Positions 1 through 12,700 of a stretch of DNA of 64,000 bases are shown in pieces (position 1 is the first letter of the stretch; the number at the start of each line of letters is the position of its first letter). The stretch lies in assembly GCA_008632985.1 (NCBI GenBank), contig QPGO01000126.1, positions 1 to 64,000 of the forward strand, in the 5' to 3' direction. The notes beneath the pieces are model-generated. The model did not search any database. It was given only the letters and a program-made list of their open reading frames with translations, and was not told the origin of the DNA. The DNA comes from Psammoneis japonica. Lineage: Eukaryota. A program made the translations under genes and the position numbers.

Positions 1-1
1 C

Positions 2-496
2 TTCAAGCTCCACCGATCACTCTCTACCGAATCAGCTTTGGACGAAGAACGATCACTTGCCCTAAGCTATTTGAGTAAGCTTTGTCCAGCTGCGACGGAA
101 GATGAGGTGAACGAGTTGTTCTCAATGTTTACGAGGGAAGTGTATACCCAGGGAGAAGTTATATGGACGCAAGGGTCTACCAGTGACAGCGCAAAGCTGC
201 TCGTCAACGGCGTGTTGCTCTCGAGTCTTGAGGACGAGACCTGCATCGAAGAGATTGCCATGGGATCGACTATTGGGGAGCTTGGTTTGGTTCATGGGAC
301 GGAGCGTCTTACTACGGTTACATGCCTGTCAGATGTGGCAGTGCTATTTACACTCAACCGAGAACGATGGGAGGCAATGCTAAATTCCAGGCCGGGTCTA
401 TCCAAACACATTTACATGTTGGTTGTGCGACACCTGGCGCATAGGGTTCAACATGTATCGAATCGCATCTTGGAAAGCCGCAGTCTGCCAATCTAG
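2..496 (+). CDS. 3' part of a cyclic-nucleotide-binding (cNMP) domain protein, possibly the C-terminus of a SulP/STAS/cNMP sulfate transporter; 5' end lies outside the window
   Basis: Frame open from the window edge; cNMP motifs GEVIWTQG, GSTIGELGLV..TERLTTV. Confidence 0.7.
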   Translation, partial: FKLHRSLSTESALDEERSLALSYLSKLCPAATEDEVNELFSMFTREVYTQGEVIWTQGSTSDSAKLLVNGVLLSSLEDETCIEEIAMGSTIGELGLVHGTERLTTVTCLSDVAVLFTLNRERWEAMLNSRPGLSKHIYMLVVRHLAHRVQHVSNRILESRSLPI

Positions 497-689
497 CACG
501 TAAGGTTGCATTTGTTAGCGGCACAGACCTTGCATATCTGAGCTAAAACGATACACGCCTGAGATAAAAAATTCGTTGATGGAACGAAGATGTGCCTTGT
601 TTATCACCACTCCCTCGTCGTCTCACATAGTCCTCTTCTTGACGTCGTGCGACGTGTAAAAGTAAGTATATATCTATAGATTCCTGTGA

Positions 690-1094
690 AGCCCAGTTCT
701 TTCTTTTCTTTGTTATTGTGCGCGGCTCAAGTCGCAGTCGTGGCAGTGTTGGGACTGGAGTCTTCACGCACATCAACCACAGCATCCTCACGCGGCAAGT
801 TGACACTGGCGACCATGAGATAAATCTGTTCTCCCATCGTCTGCGTTCCCAACAAGAGCGAGTGCTCATTGACGCGAGGCAATTGTCTCGTCCGTCACGG
901 GCAACCACTGACAAGTCAGCGACGCGGCCATTCCAAAGCGTGCGTCATGACAAAGTCGTACAGGTAGGGAGTGTTTTCTTTCATGTCTTGTATTCGGCAT
1001 CAATCATGCGCTCTTCCATGGCGGCTGTAAAGTCAACCTTGTCCTTGAGGACTGCGCTGCTGCTGCTATTGGTGGGAACGGTAGACGACGACAT
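690..1094 (-). pseudogene. N-terminal fragment of an RBBP4/MSI1 (CAF-1 subunit C) histone-binding protein, disabled; copy 1
   Basis: Joining frames on the minus strand gives MEERMIDAEYKT*K.NTPYLYDFVMTHALEWP..LTCQWLPV..NEHSLLLGTQTMGEQ.YLMVASVNLP; contains a stop and frameshifts; WD40 part absent. Confidence 0.8.
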
Positions 1095-1701
1095 GGTGGC
1101 TGTGGTTGATGCGGCGCCGCAAAAGATTTCAGAAAAATGGCGCGCGGCAGATATCTACTACCGTAGCACAGTTTTGTGTAGAAAGTCAAGGATGTAGAAA
1201 TACTGTATTCTTTGGAACACAGTAGTGACAATCCTGACACTCCTCATTACTGTATACACAGTATACGTCGAAAATAGCATACATCATGTTGTATGTACAG
1301 TAGGGTTGGAGAGAGTTCGCATGAAGCGAACAGCGAAAATTTCTAAAATCAAGAGAACTCAACGCACTCGTCTACCAGAGAGTAGACGATGGCCATGCGG
1401 AAGATAGTATTTCCGGTTTTATCTGTACCGTACAATGAAACAAACGTTGGCTTTCGATTGTTACGGAAGACCAGTGTTGGCAAGCTCGCGTTTATATGAG
1501 AACGCCCGTAATATCGTTTAACAATCAACAACGACACATAAGAAATGTGTCGCAAAACGCATCACACATACAACGAGACATGGCCCGGCGCACGGTCGTT
1601 GACAGCATTTGAAATCGTCAACGGTATTTTGTATCGACACGCTCACTTTGAGCGAGTGCATTAATCTCACAATCCGTTTCCAAGGGAAGAACAACACAGC
1701 A

Positions 1702-2943
1702 ATGGACGACGACGACGATCCTTCCGAACGAATCCTCGCTGCAATGGCACGAGCTACGGGACTGTCAAAGTCGCATTTTCTGCACCGTGCTTGCGTCTCT
1801 TATGGAAAAGGACACCATAACTACGTCGATGCAAAAGAAATTCATTTGTATCATCTTGACAATTTGGTTGAGCTGCCGCGCGAAATTCGCTTGTTGCGTC
1901 GACTTGTCGTTTTGGGTTTATGTGCCAAGGAACTTGAGCGGATCCCTCGCGAAATCGGACAGCTGCAGCGACTTGAAGAATTGTGTTTAAGACTCTGCCT
2001 CGAGGTCGTTGCATTGCCCAATGAAGTGTTCAATTTGACAAGCTTGAAGAAGCTGTTTTTGCGTGGTTGCAGTGCTCTCAATAGTTTGCCCGCGGGAATT
2101 GGGCAATTGAAGCAACTCCAGGTCCTTGACCTTCGCTGCTGCCAAAGTCTCGAAGAGTTGCCAATGGGAATTGGGCAGCTGCAGCAACTGAAAACACTTG
2201 ACCTTAGTCACTGCAAAAGTCTCAAAGAGCTGCCAGATGAATTGTGGCGGTTGACAAACTTGGTGGAGCTGGATTTGAGTGATTGCCGATCCCTCACTCA
2301 GTTGTCCCCTGAAATCGGACAGTTGCAGCAGCTTAAGGAACTTGATCTTTCTCGTTGTCAGAAACTCACGAAGCTCCCAATTGAGATTGGGAAGCTGTCG
2401 CAGCTGGAAAAACTCCTACTTCAAAACTTCTCCGAAAGCTTGGAACAAAACCACTCCGGTGGCTTGGATGAATTCTTGCAAGTCGCCGTGAGCAATCTGG
2501 TCAACCTGACGAGCTTAGATCTTAGCTATTGTTCCGAACTTGTTGTGTTGCCTCCCGAGATGGGATTGCTCACAAAGTTGGAGTGCTTAGTTCTGCATCG
2601 GTGTAAGCAGTTGACGACAATTCCAAAGGAAATCCTTGAGCTGCCGAGTCTTTGTTTTCTCAACTTGTGGGGTTGTTCGTCGCTTGCATGCACACCCAAG
2701 GACATTGGAGAAGCTTCATATTCTGTTCAAGAAGTGTACATGCCGATGTATGATGAGGGGCGTGCAGAAATGGATTGCTACACCCAAATGAATCGCGCAG
2801 GAAGACACTTGCTGCGTCGCCACGATGTGCCGGCAGCTCTTTGGCCGCATGTCTTGGCAGGTCGGCGCAGCGATGAGAACTTTATTTTGTGGTTCTTGAC
2901 GAACAATCCGGACTTCGTCAAGACAGGAGAAAACAAGGAATGA
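1702..2943 (+). CDS. Leucine-rich-repeat protein (plant NLR-like 24-aa LRRs) with diatom-type C-terminal NRAGR..LWP motif
   Basis: Repeated LxxLPxxIGQLxxLxxLDLxxC units; ATG at 1702; intact ORF. Confidence 0.9.
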   Translation: MDDDDDPSERILAAMARATGLSKSHFLHRACVSYGKGHHNYVDAKEIHLYHLDNLVELPREIRLLRRLVVLGLCAKELERIPREIGQLQRLEELCLRLCLEVVALPNEVFNLTSLKKLFLRGCSALNSLPAGIGQLKQLQVLDLRCCQSLEELPMGIGQLQQLKTLDLSHCKSLKELPDELWRLTNLVELDLSDCRSLTQLSPEIGQLQQLKELDLSRCQKLTKLPIEIGKLSQLEKLLLQNFSESLEQNHSGGLDEFLQVAVSNLVNLTSLDLSYCSELVVLPPEMGLLTKLECLVLHRCKQLTTIPKEILELPSLCFLNLWGCSSLACTPKDIGEASYSVQEVYMPMYDEGRAEMDCYTQMNRAGRHLLRRHDVPAALWPHVLAGRRSDENFILWFLTNNPDFVKTGENKE

Positions 2944-3654
2944 GTACCCTCGTATTATGAGTACTCAGTGGCAGTTCTTAGGTAAATGTAGGTAGATGTG
3001 CAAGTTCTAGGTCAATATCTGATTATTATTTATCATTGTTCCTTACTGCTAGAGCGGATACCATTCAGATTACAGCAATTCTGATGCGCCCGTTAAGGCG
3101 TAGAGTACTTGTTGGGATATGATACGGTACCGAGTATGGACAGAATGGGACAATAGGACCTCGATACTCGACATTACATTGCTCTTCATTGGTCCTTTTT
3201 GGCATGTGCTCTCGGGGTACGAATGCTGACATTGATACGACTAGCTGTACCCGTGGCCTGACTATGATGAAAATTCTTGATCGTACCCTATCCTCTTGTA
3301 TCTTGTTCAATCTTCAAAGGATACTGCGATAGTTACCGTCTTTGCTTGATGACGATGACGAAATGGAGCTCAAGAGGAGAGCGTCACTGGCAGTTTCGTT
3401 GGATGCTAGCATGACGTATGGCTTTGCGACTTTGTCTGGCTCCGTCTTGTCGTCTTCGGCTGCGGCCGAGAACGGCGGCGGAGGCATATTGTAGCAGCAC
3501 AAAGAAGAAGAAGGCATTCAATCCCACGCCGTAAATGAGTAAGACACCATTGTTGGTACCCATGATGCTAACATTGGTATCTGCAGTTGACATGGCCAAG
3601 TTTATGAGGCATAAATGCGTCAGTATACCACAAATAATGACACATTTGCATGAT

Positions 3655-4430
3655 ATGATGCATAGACTGGCAGTCTTGCACGCCCTCAGCTCCAGTGCCA
3701 TATCCGAAGGCATACCGGTGGCAGCGAAACCTTCTTTCGAGTTGTGTTGCCATTCGAACGACCACAAAATAGTTGAGTGGGTCCGCCATAGGTATGGTAA
3801 ACAGCGATACAAAAGTTCGTCGCGGCGAACGTGACGAGAAGCTTTGCTAGGATACCGGTGCTTATCCAAATCTGCCACCAATTAAAAACTGCACCTTTCC
3901 CCAGGGGCTTTGAAGAGATATTTTCTTGCGAGGCGGGTGTCAAAGTGCATTGAAGTTTCACCCGAGAAAAGTGTTTCCCTTTTGGGGAAAGAAGACTTGA
4001 TTGCAGTACGGCTGTTGGCATAAAAACCGTCTTTCTCTCGTACAAATCCAAATTTCTTGGCTTGGTTGCGATAAATAATGTATCGAAGGAAACGAGCAGT
4101 TGCATGAATTGATAAAGAATCCCACCTCTGTACTGATTCGGTTTATCGCCAATGTGCTTGACGTGAAATTGGCCTCCGAGGCCACGAGCACGTGGCATAT
4201 ATTCTGTATCGCGCCTACCTTCGCCTTGATAAAATCGCTACCGGTATCAAACATGCACGGGTCCCCGAGACGTATCATCCTCAGAAAAAGACGGACATCA
4301 GAATTTATCCAGATTGGATAAAAGAACTCAATATACCCCACCACAAAGCCACGACGAGTAGAATGAATGTTGGCTTGTGAATACCAAAAAGGAAACGTTT
4401 GAGGTGGTACCAAAACGGTAACCGTCACGA
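3655..4430. repeat. Dispersed repeat, copy A (patchy homology to about 37268-37770)
   Basis: Shared blocks such as ctcagctccagtgccatatccgaaggcata, gaattgataaagaatcccacctctgt and ttgaggtggtaccaaaacggtaaccg. Confidence 0.8.
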
Positions 4431-4649
4431 GCCGTCCCTCATTATGTTGAGACCACACCATACCATATATCCTTCCCTCGAGTCTCCCACACAAACTCCC
4501 CGTGGCAAAAACGGAGAATCAACATTTTCCTTGAGAAAGGACGGGTGTTTCGACAAGTCTGCGGTCCACGGGTCGCTACGACAAACTGATTCTACGGAAT
4601 TCACCGCGCACGATTGACTTCAACCAAATGCTTCGCTTTGAGTTTAATG

Positions 4650-5034
4650 TCAATCTTTCTTCGTCATAGTGCGCGGCGGCTGGGTGTCGTCGTAGTACTA
4701 GATAGTGTTGGGATTGGCGTTTTCCCGTACATCAATCACAGCATCCTCGCGTGGCAAATTGACACTATAGTCACAATAATTCTGTTCTCCCATCGTGTGT
4801 GTTCCCAACAAGAGTGAGTGCTCATTGATACGAGGCAATTGTCTCGTCACGGGCAACCACTGGCAAGTCAGCAACGCGGCCATTCCAATGCGTGCGTCAT
4901 GACGGCAATGTCGTACAAGTAAGGAGTGTTTTTCTTCCAAATCTTTCATTCGGCATCAATCATGCGCTCTTCCATGGCTGTCGCAAAGTCAACCTTGTCC
5001 TTGAGGACTGTGCCTGAGCGGTAGACGACGACAT
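4650..5034 (-). pseudogene. N-terminal fragment of RBBP4/MSI1, disabled; copy 2
   Basis: LTCQWLPVTRQLPRINEHSLLLGTHTMGEQNY; direct repeat of 690-1094 with frameshifts. Confidence 0.8.
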
Positions 5035-5799
5035 GGTGGCTGTTTGTGTTGTATTGATTAGGGAGAGTCTATGGTACAGTACCGTATTGGAAGGGGTGGG
5101 TCTGGGGAAATGTGTGGCGGAAGGGTCGCGCGAAGCGCGCTTTAGGGGATGGAGAGAAAAAGGGTGGGCCGAGAGTGCGGACAGACGGTTGAGAGGAGGA
5201 GTTGGTAACAGCAGGGTGGCGGAGTAGAAGGGCTTGATACGTAGAAAGATGGGTGGAAAGAGCAAAGCCGAAGTTAAGACTGAGGATTTGGGAGGCCCAA
5301 AGCGATGGTGTTGAGGTGTGGTGTGAAGAACCGAAGCGGTCTTGAGAGAGTTGTTTCCAGGCCGAGTTGGAGGAGGCAAGGAGATCAGAGGGTGTGAGGA
5401 GTGAGTTGGTGCAGGCGGAAAAGGTTGTTGCAAAAAAGATTTCAGAAAAATGGCATGCAGCCATTGCATTTGGCACATTTCAGTGCAGAAAATCACATGT
5501 GTAGAAACATGCTTGAATCTCAGGAGCGACAATGACAAGACATGGACACTGCTTTCAGGAGGTCTGATTGTCATGCAAGAGTCTTGGTTTGGTGAAAAAC
5601 AGAGTTGCCATTGTGTTGAAGTCAAAAAATGCGTCTTTTCCATTTTTGAGTGGCAAAACCCATGCTTTGATCTTTGTTTGTTAAAGACACCTCCTCTGTT
5701 GCCTGCCATTGCTGGTGTCTCTCTGTCACAGATGCGAAAAGTGCTCACTGTCTTGGGCATGCTGTTTGTGTGATCTGTGGCAAGTGATGTCAGTCGCAA

Positions 5800-7200
5800 C
5801 CGTGTGGTCTCGCATCGGCATTTTGAGACTAACACCGACCCATGCTTTGATGTTTGTTTGTTCCTTTCATCTCTTTGCTCACACTTCTTTGATCAAATCT
5901 TTGCTTTGCAGTTGTGGGAGCATCATTCTGTCTTAGAAGCACAACAACAAATCCACCAAGAAATGCCAAGCAAAGGTTGTGGTTGACGCGTTTGACACAA
6001 TGCCACAGCTCCACTCCACATTGATGTGCGCTGCCTTGAGCCAACAATTTTTGAGCATTTGTGTGGGCGTGAGTGGCGGCACCCCGTTGTGGCCAGGTCG
6101 ATGGGCGTGGAGCACACATTGTTGTTGAGCAAATCCCCAGTCTGCATGCACAGCATGCAGCACACCATCTTGAAAGTGTCCTTGTTGCATGTCTGCCAAG
6201 TGCTGGTTCACGGCAGACAAGTGCTGCAAATCGGTGTCAGCTCTGGGAAACTCAAAAATCGAGTGCAAATCGATGAGAGCACCTGTGTTCGATGTGACAA
6301 ACAATTGCAGCAGCACAGAACAAACAACTTTGCACTTGCCTGCAAGCTGAAGTGGGACCCCGTGCAATGCACAAGCCATTTGGAAAGACTGTGGACAACA
6401 TCTTAATTCTGTGAATGTGTTTGTGGCCCATGCAAACAGATCACTGCATGTCGTCCAAGTCGGGGCACCAAGGAGCATCCACCCAGTCATCAGCTGGCCC
6501 TGTTCCAGGAGTGTTTGTTTCAAAAATTGAACAATCCTCAAAGCCCATGATGTTGAATTCCCCTGGCAGATGAACAAGACCAGGGACATTGCACACTTGA
6601 TTGGCACCTGGGTCAGTCCAAGAAGCAGCCCGTTGCTTCAGTTTGTGCACTGTTGCTCTGGCGAACAATGGAAAATCATCCTCAACCCATCTCTGAAGCG
6701 CTTCTTGCCCAATGACTGGAGCATGTCCATCATCAAGACACATCAAAAACTGCCAGCATCCATGTGACCACCAAGTCAAATCCCTGCCTCCAAAGTGGTT
6801 GTCCACCAACACGGTGTTGTCGAGTCCAAGTGCCACCTCAGTCAAGGAAAACAAAAACAATTTCTCACCAGTGAAATGGCGATGATGCCCATGAACACAT
6901 GGCACAAGAACTGTGTTGGGCAGCTCAAACAAATCATGCAACACTCGCAACTCCTCCACGTTGAATCAAGTCATGTGTTTGGCACAGTTGTCAGAGCAAT
7001 CATTGATTCATTGGTGATGTGTGTGAGAAAAGTCAATGGGACGATGCTCCTCCTCATGTGTCACATCACCAACAGATGAATTTGCATCTGCCCAAATCTG
7101 AGCCACATTGCGACATGCAAAAATGCTGCCCACCAATGCACGTGCAAGAGCAATGCCAAAGGGCTCGTCTGCATTGCCAACTTGCTCTAGATCCAACAAA
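5800..7200 (-). mobile_element. Degenerate PIF/Harbinger-like (DDE_Tnp_4) transposase relic
   Basis: Motifs FTGEKLFLFSL, IMGFEDCSIFETNTPGTGP, GHKHIH.IK.LS.VFPNG and KAAHINVEWSCG across broken frames; TpA- and CpG-depleted. Confidence 0.65.
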
Positions 7201-8234
7201 TGCCCATTTTCCTGATTGCCAACATCAACTCTGGGTGCAATCGAAAGTGGAGTGACAGCTGCAGACCATTGAATGACTGATTGAATGGAGTGCATCCAGA
7301 ACAGACCAGCCCCTCTCATGTTTCTGTTTGTGAGCCACCGCGCCAATTTGCAGTGGTGTCCATGGTGAAAAAGCCTTGGTTGTCTTGGCATGACATGGAT
7401 CACAAGTGCAATGATGATGCAAAAAGTGTTTCTTGCCTTGGCGGATGAGAACCTGCAACCCCATCGTCAAAGCATCAAAGTGCAGGCCTGGAGGCCTGGT
7501 TGAGGGTTGAAGCTGATTGGGCCGGCAAATTGTGATTGAGTCGAGTGTTGAAGCACAAATGGATGAGAACCCTGGACCCATGACCCGCAAGGGTCAGCAA
7601 GAACACTCTCCAGTGGAGAGCAGCTGGCTGGACAGAGAGAGAGAGTGGTGCAAAATTTCTGCCAACGGAAAGTGAAAAGGATGGAAAAGTTGATTTTGGC
7701 ATGAAGAGAGTGTCTTTGCCACACTGCAAGTCGTGACATTGAAAGAGAGCAGTGAATGGATGGAATGCATGTGCAAATGTTTCACGTGCACACATGTGCG
7801 TGAGAGAGGACATCAGAAAATTAGAGATTTTTTTGGCGGGAAGCTGTTTTGTTGATCTTCAGGAATTCTGTGAGACAAACCAAGACAAAAACCTTCCGGG
7901 CTCAAGCAACAGATGGAAGATAGAAAGATCTCAATGGAGGATCTTAACATGAGTGTGCAGAGTTGATTTGTCAACAAATGTTTCAGAAAATTTTGATGAT
8001 CAACCAATCATCACCATGGTGAAAAAGAATGGCATGATGGTGCCAGAATGAAGAACAAACACAGAAAATCTCTGTCAGTCTTAACACAGCAATCAGCATT
8101 GTCTGACATCACATGAAAAGGATTCAAGGACACAGACCCATGCAAAGAGAACAAGCACCGATCACCTTGATCGGGCAGCTTCAACAGATGATTGAGGATG
8201 ACACAAAGGCTGGGTTTTTAGACCAACCTGACAA

Positions 8235-8730
8235 CCGCAGGGTGGCAGACCTGAACAGTGTCAGGCTGCATCAACAGAATGCTTGCATTCTGACATTCAG
8301 ATCAGACAAAATGAGGTGGATTGAGATGACAATCTCAGTCAACTGGATTGCTTGGATCACCCAGATCCAGCATGATTTGAGAGGGCAAAGGCCAATTTTT
8401 AGAGCAACCTCCTGACAATTGCAGGGTGGTGGACCTGAACAACATTGGGCCACATTGACAGGAGGATGCTTGCACTCTGACATTCAGATCAGACAAAACA
8501 AGGCTGGATCGAACTGCAATCCATGTCGACTGGCTTGCGGAGAGTGCCCGGATCCAGTGCAATCTTAGAGGCATCTGAGGCGGCGGGAACATGATCCCAA
8601 ACCATGCCAACAGCAAAACCCAACTGCAATGCTCGCACTTCAACAACATCTGTTGAAGTCAACGAAGACAACACAGGTGCATCACACACAATTGGCTGGC
8701 TTGCGGAGATTCTCTGGATCCAGCACAACG
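8235..8730. repeat. Degenerate tandem repeat, period about 190 bp
   Basis: ctgacattcagatcagacaaaa at about 8290 and 8477; tggcttgcggaga...ggatccag at about 8531 and 8697. Confidence 0.6.
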
Positions 8731-9400
8731 CGTGATCAACAGACAGATTGTGGTGGCCAGATCAATTGATCAATGCCAAACCACAGGACAATCAGCACCA
8801 CATCCAATGCATGGGCAATTGCAAGAGGCACACCAATCAGTGGAAACAATTTTTTCAGTGTTGTCGGCCCACATGTCGGGTTGACGCAACTGATCCCATT
8901 GTCACCGGAAGTCTGCCAAACACAATGAGGGGAACTGGGGGGTGGCCTCTAGTCATCGTCCATCTGTCTGTGCTGCCTTCTGCTGTGCGCTTCCATCCCA
9001 CGGTGACTCCTCCAAGAGTTCAGCCACCCACAAGGTGTCCTCTCCTTGTGCTGGGCCCACCATCTTGGCACCAACAAGAAGCAGAAAAAGGCATGGAGGA
9101 TTTGTGAAAAAAAAAATTCTCAGCTTTCTCATTGTGCAAAGTCCAAAATGGAAGAGTTCTGGGTTCTGCAATTCTTTAAGAACAGTTGCAAGATTTCCTG
9201 CACTCAATTGGCACTGTCAGAACAACGTCAATGGAGACCAACATTTATCAAAATGCTTGTTGTTGTTCTCTTGACATGAAAACGAGTGGTTCATGGTGCT
9301 CTTGTGCAAGCACAGCAGAGCTGCTGGTTGTTTGCAACATTGTCAGCATTGTTGAGCTCCCGAGAAATGAGGCGGCACTTTTGGTCAACCTGTCACGTGA

Positions 9401-9423
9401 TGTGTGTGTGTGTGTGTGTGTGT
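9401..9423. repeat. (TG)n microsatellite
   Basis: Direct reading. Confidence 0.9.
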
Positions 9424-9758
9424 TGCACAACATCACACAAAAGAGAACTCACAATGAGAATTGCCACAGCTGAAATGGTGTGGCGCTTGTGATTCATCTT
9501 GACGCTTGTGATTCATCTTGTTTTCAGCATGCATGGCAGGTGCTGAACATGGCAGTGTGGAGCAGTGTGCCTTGGCATGTGCTCACTTCAGACAAAATGG
9601 TGTGGGGATGGTTTCCCATCAGTGCTGGTTGAACAGTGGGGACCGGTTGCCACGGCGACGAGACTGGNACTTGCGATGGTTCTGGTGCCTCGTGCAGCCA
9701 AACGTTTGGCTTCACGCATGCTTGATTTAAAGACTGGTTTGAACATGGCCAACCAGTT

Positions 9759-12700
9759 TCAAATCCAGTGAGCAGAGTGTGACAGGTGTTCTTCTGCCGA
9801 ATCAAGGAGGAGCGCCTTGTCTCTCGCAAGACAATCGTCTGTACGAGAACAAATGGCCTTGACCTCTGCTTCTGCGTCTCGTCTTTGAGACGACATCCTC
9901 GTTTCCGAATCGTGCCCGTGCACAGCGTCGTTGTGAGCATCCCAGAGGTCCCACCACTGCTCCCACATGAAATTCCCAATGGTTGCAGCCCAATCCAGCC
10001 GTTTCTGTTGATCTGAGAGAGTCCGACAAATGCCGCTCGACGAAAGGTGAGAGGTTTGCGTCGCATTCCACTGGACAGAAAAACGGCCATCAAACAACTG
10101 ACGCCAACCCATTTCCCCTTGGGAATGAAATGCGGGCACGACGCTGTGATGAAATTGTTCCGAGTGCAAAAGCTCGCCTCGAAACCATGCTTCAATGGCC
10201 AAAATTGTCAAGTCTCGTAAGGAAGGAGACATGTGAATGTCATCGCACTTCTTGCGCAATCCTTGTAAAAATTTTCTGTGCCAGGCTTCATCATGAGGGC
10301 AACGGAGAATGTGATCTCTGTCTTCCATGGGGTCCTGACAGTGAATGCAACAGTCCGGACGTGTCGGATTGCATCTGTGTGCAATCTTGTTGGTGGGCAG
10401 AAGATCTTGAACCAGCTTGACGGTGCTGACTTTTCGACGAATGTTTCGCGACATCAATTTCGAATGAACGTCCCAATCAATCGATGCGCACACTTCGTCG
10501 GACCAACCATGTTTCTCTTTCATGTGCTGAACCAGTGCGGGACTCGACGCCTGACATCTGACAACCGGCTTGCATTTGGAAGAAACAGTGGCTCCTTGAA
10601 GAAGCAGGTTTGCTCGGCAATGAGGCATGCGGGGAGCAGCAAGAGTGTCGCCCGTAAAACGACCTTGGAATTGTCCAGCGAGTCTGTCGGCATGCATGTT
10701 CAACTTCGCCGCTTGAGAGAGAGAGTCAATGGGAAGGACATCGTCTTGGTGTCCCTTCGCCCAGTGAATCTCGACTGTGGGACACGACAGTTCATCAGTG
10801 CGTGTTTCTGACAGCTGTCTTGGGGAATGGAAGACCTCATTGACAATGTCCCAATCCGGAGAGAGAGCATTGGCAATGTGAAAACGCCAGTGGAAGTCTC
10901 CTTGGATCTCCTCCTCATCAGCAGGATGAGGAATCACCTGGAAATTTGAGATGGTGCGAATGAGAGCGGAATTGTCGCAATGCAAATCGGCGCCGCTGAC
11001 CTGTGTAGAACAACAGTCTGACAATCGGATCAGAAAACGGAGAAAAGACAGCAGACCGCATGCCTCCGCACGACAAGACGATGGGCGAAAACCGAAAACT
11101 GGACCGGCACAATCCACAAGAGGAACCCCGTCGATCGCAATCGTCCACCCGAGTGCACCTTTGAAATGGAGGACCGAACCGTCGCTAGCTGCTGAAACCT
11201 TGTGGGTGACGAGGAGCTCAGCGATTTCAAACACAGACCGATGCAAATGCAATTCTTCGAACAGAGCAGATTCCCACCGAGGAAGAGACCGCAGCACAGC
11301 CAAGAAATCACTCGGGACGGGAGGGACTGTCGGCAAGGATGCTGGAGAACCGAATGACTTGATCCGCCACAAACCGGTTGTAGTCGTATCCACTGGCACA
11401 GGGGAAGCAGCTGGGGAAAGATCTGGAACATTTTCCAGAGCGGCGAGAGTCTCCGCACAACCTTGGTGCACTGGGAAAATCTCGAAACCCGAATCTCCAC
11501 GAACACACAAGCAATCCTCGGAGGATTCGTAATGTGCGACATGTGTCATGCGCATTTCCGTGGCTGGCACAACCCATTGACCTAAAGGGTGTCGTAGATC
11601 GAGCGAGTCTGGTTTGCAAAACAAGGAACAGGCTCGACGCCACTGTTTCCATGCCCGAGCGGATGGACGTTGTTGTTCGATGGGATTCAGAGTGCTGCGA
11701 CTGCTGAGAAGGAACGATCGGCCGTTCACTTTAAAGGGATCGAGCGAAAAACCATCCGGAGAGGCAACATCTGATGGAGTCAAAACATTTGGATAAAGAC
11801 GACAGCAGTTGACCCACCGCATCTCACGATTGCTGAACGCCTGGGATTGAAGCACAACGTCCATGATGCATTGGTCGTTGTCTCGCTGGAGTGGAAGCAC
11901 TCCAGCATGATCACAATCGATGGTGGCATCGATCCGGGCCAAGAATGAACGCAAGGACATGAACCATTTCGATTCGGAATGAGGGAGCTTGGCATGGACG
12001 TCCTGAAGAAAACTCACACCTGCACCAAGCTGCAACTGAATCCATGATGCAGCGATTCGCGACAACACCTGAGGTTGCCCAGAGCCCCGCCAGTGGGTGA
12101 GAAACTGCAGAACCTGCACTGCACCCTGTTCCACGTCTAAAGACCTGAAACAACCGCCTCCCAGGGAATGAGGTCCGAAGAGGACATCACGTTTCGAGTT
12201 CCGATTGCACCCGCATTTGGCAAAAATGGCACGCATGGCCTTCCTCTGTACTTCGAGCAACTCTTTCTCCTTGAAGTGAGTGTTCGGGAGAACATGCGTG
12301 GTTGCAGACAGATGACAAGCAAAATGGTGAGTCCATGACTCATGTCGATCTAAAGGACAAGACCAAAGGAACAGGGCAATGCCGTCACTCTTTTGTTTCA
12401 GAGCCGAGTGCTGGGTCTTTTGAGTCCCCGCTGGAGCTTTGCAGTGTCCAAGTGTCGTGTGAGAAGAGCATGCGGACAATTGTTTGCTTGACCCAGTCGT
12501 GGCACGGTCTGCAGAAGAGATTTCAATGTCAATGTCCTCGTTGTGGGGTCGAAGGCAAGGTTCGCCGTCCTCTGCAAACATCCATTCGACAGCGTGGAAG
12601 GAGCATTTGGGCAATTCTAGCTCGTGGCCAGCCGCGCTCAAAAGGTCGCACCACAGTTGATCATCTTCCTGCATCTTGAAAGCCAAATCGAGGATGCAAG

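Noticed and set aside
4960..5835. 291-aa minus-strand ORF
   Set aside because: It runs through low-complexity upstream DNA and a TA-depleted stretch into the RBBP4 fragment; not a coherent protein.
9401..9423. (TG)n and (CA)n tracts as converted (TA)n microsatellites
   Set aside because: Two-strand conversion should give mixed CA/TG rather than pure tracts, and such microsatellites are common anyway.
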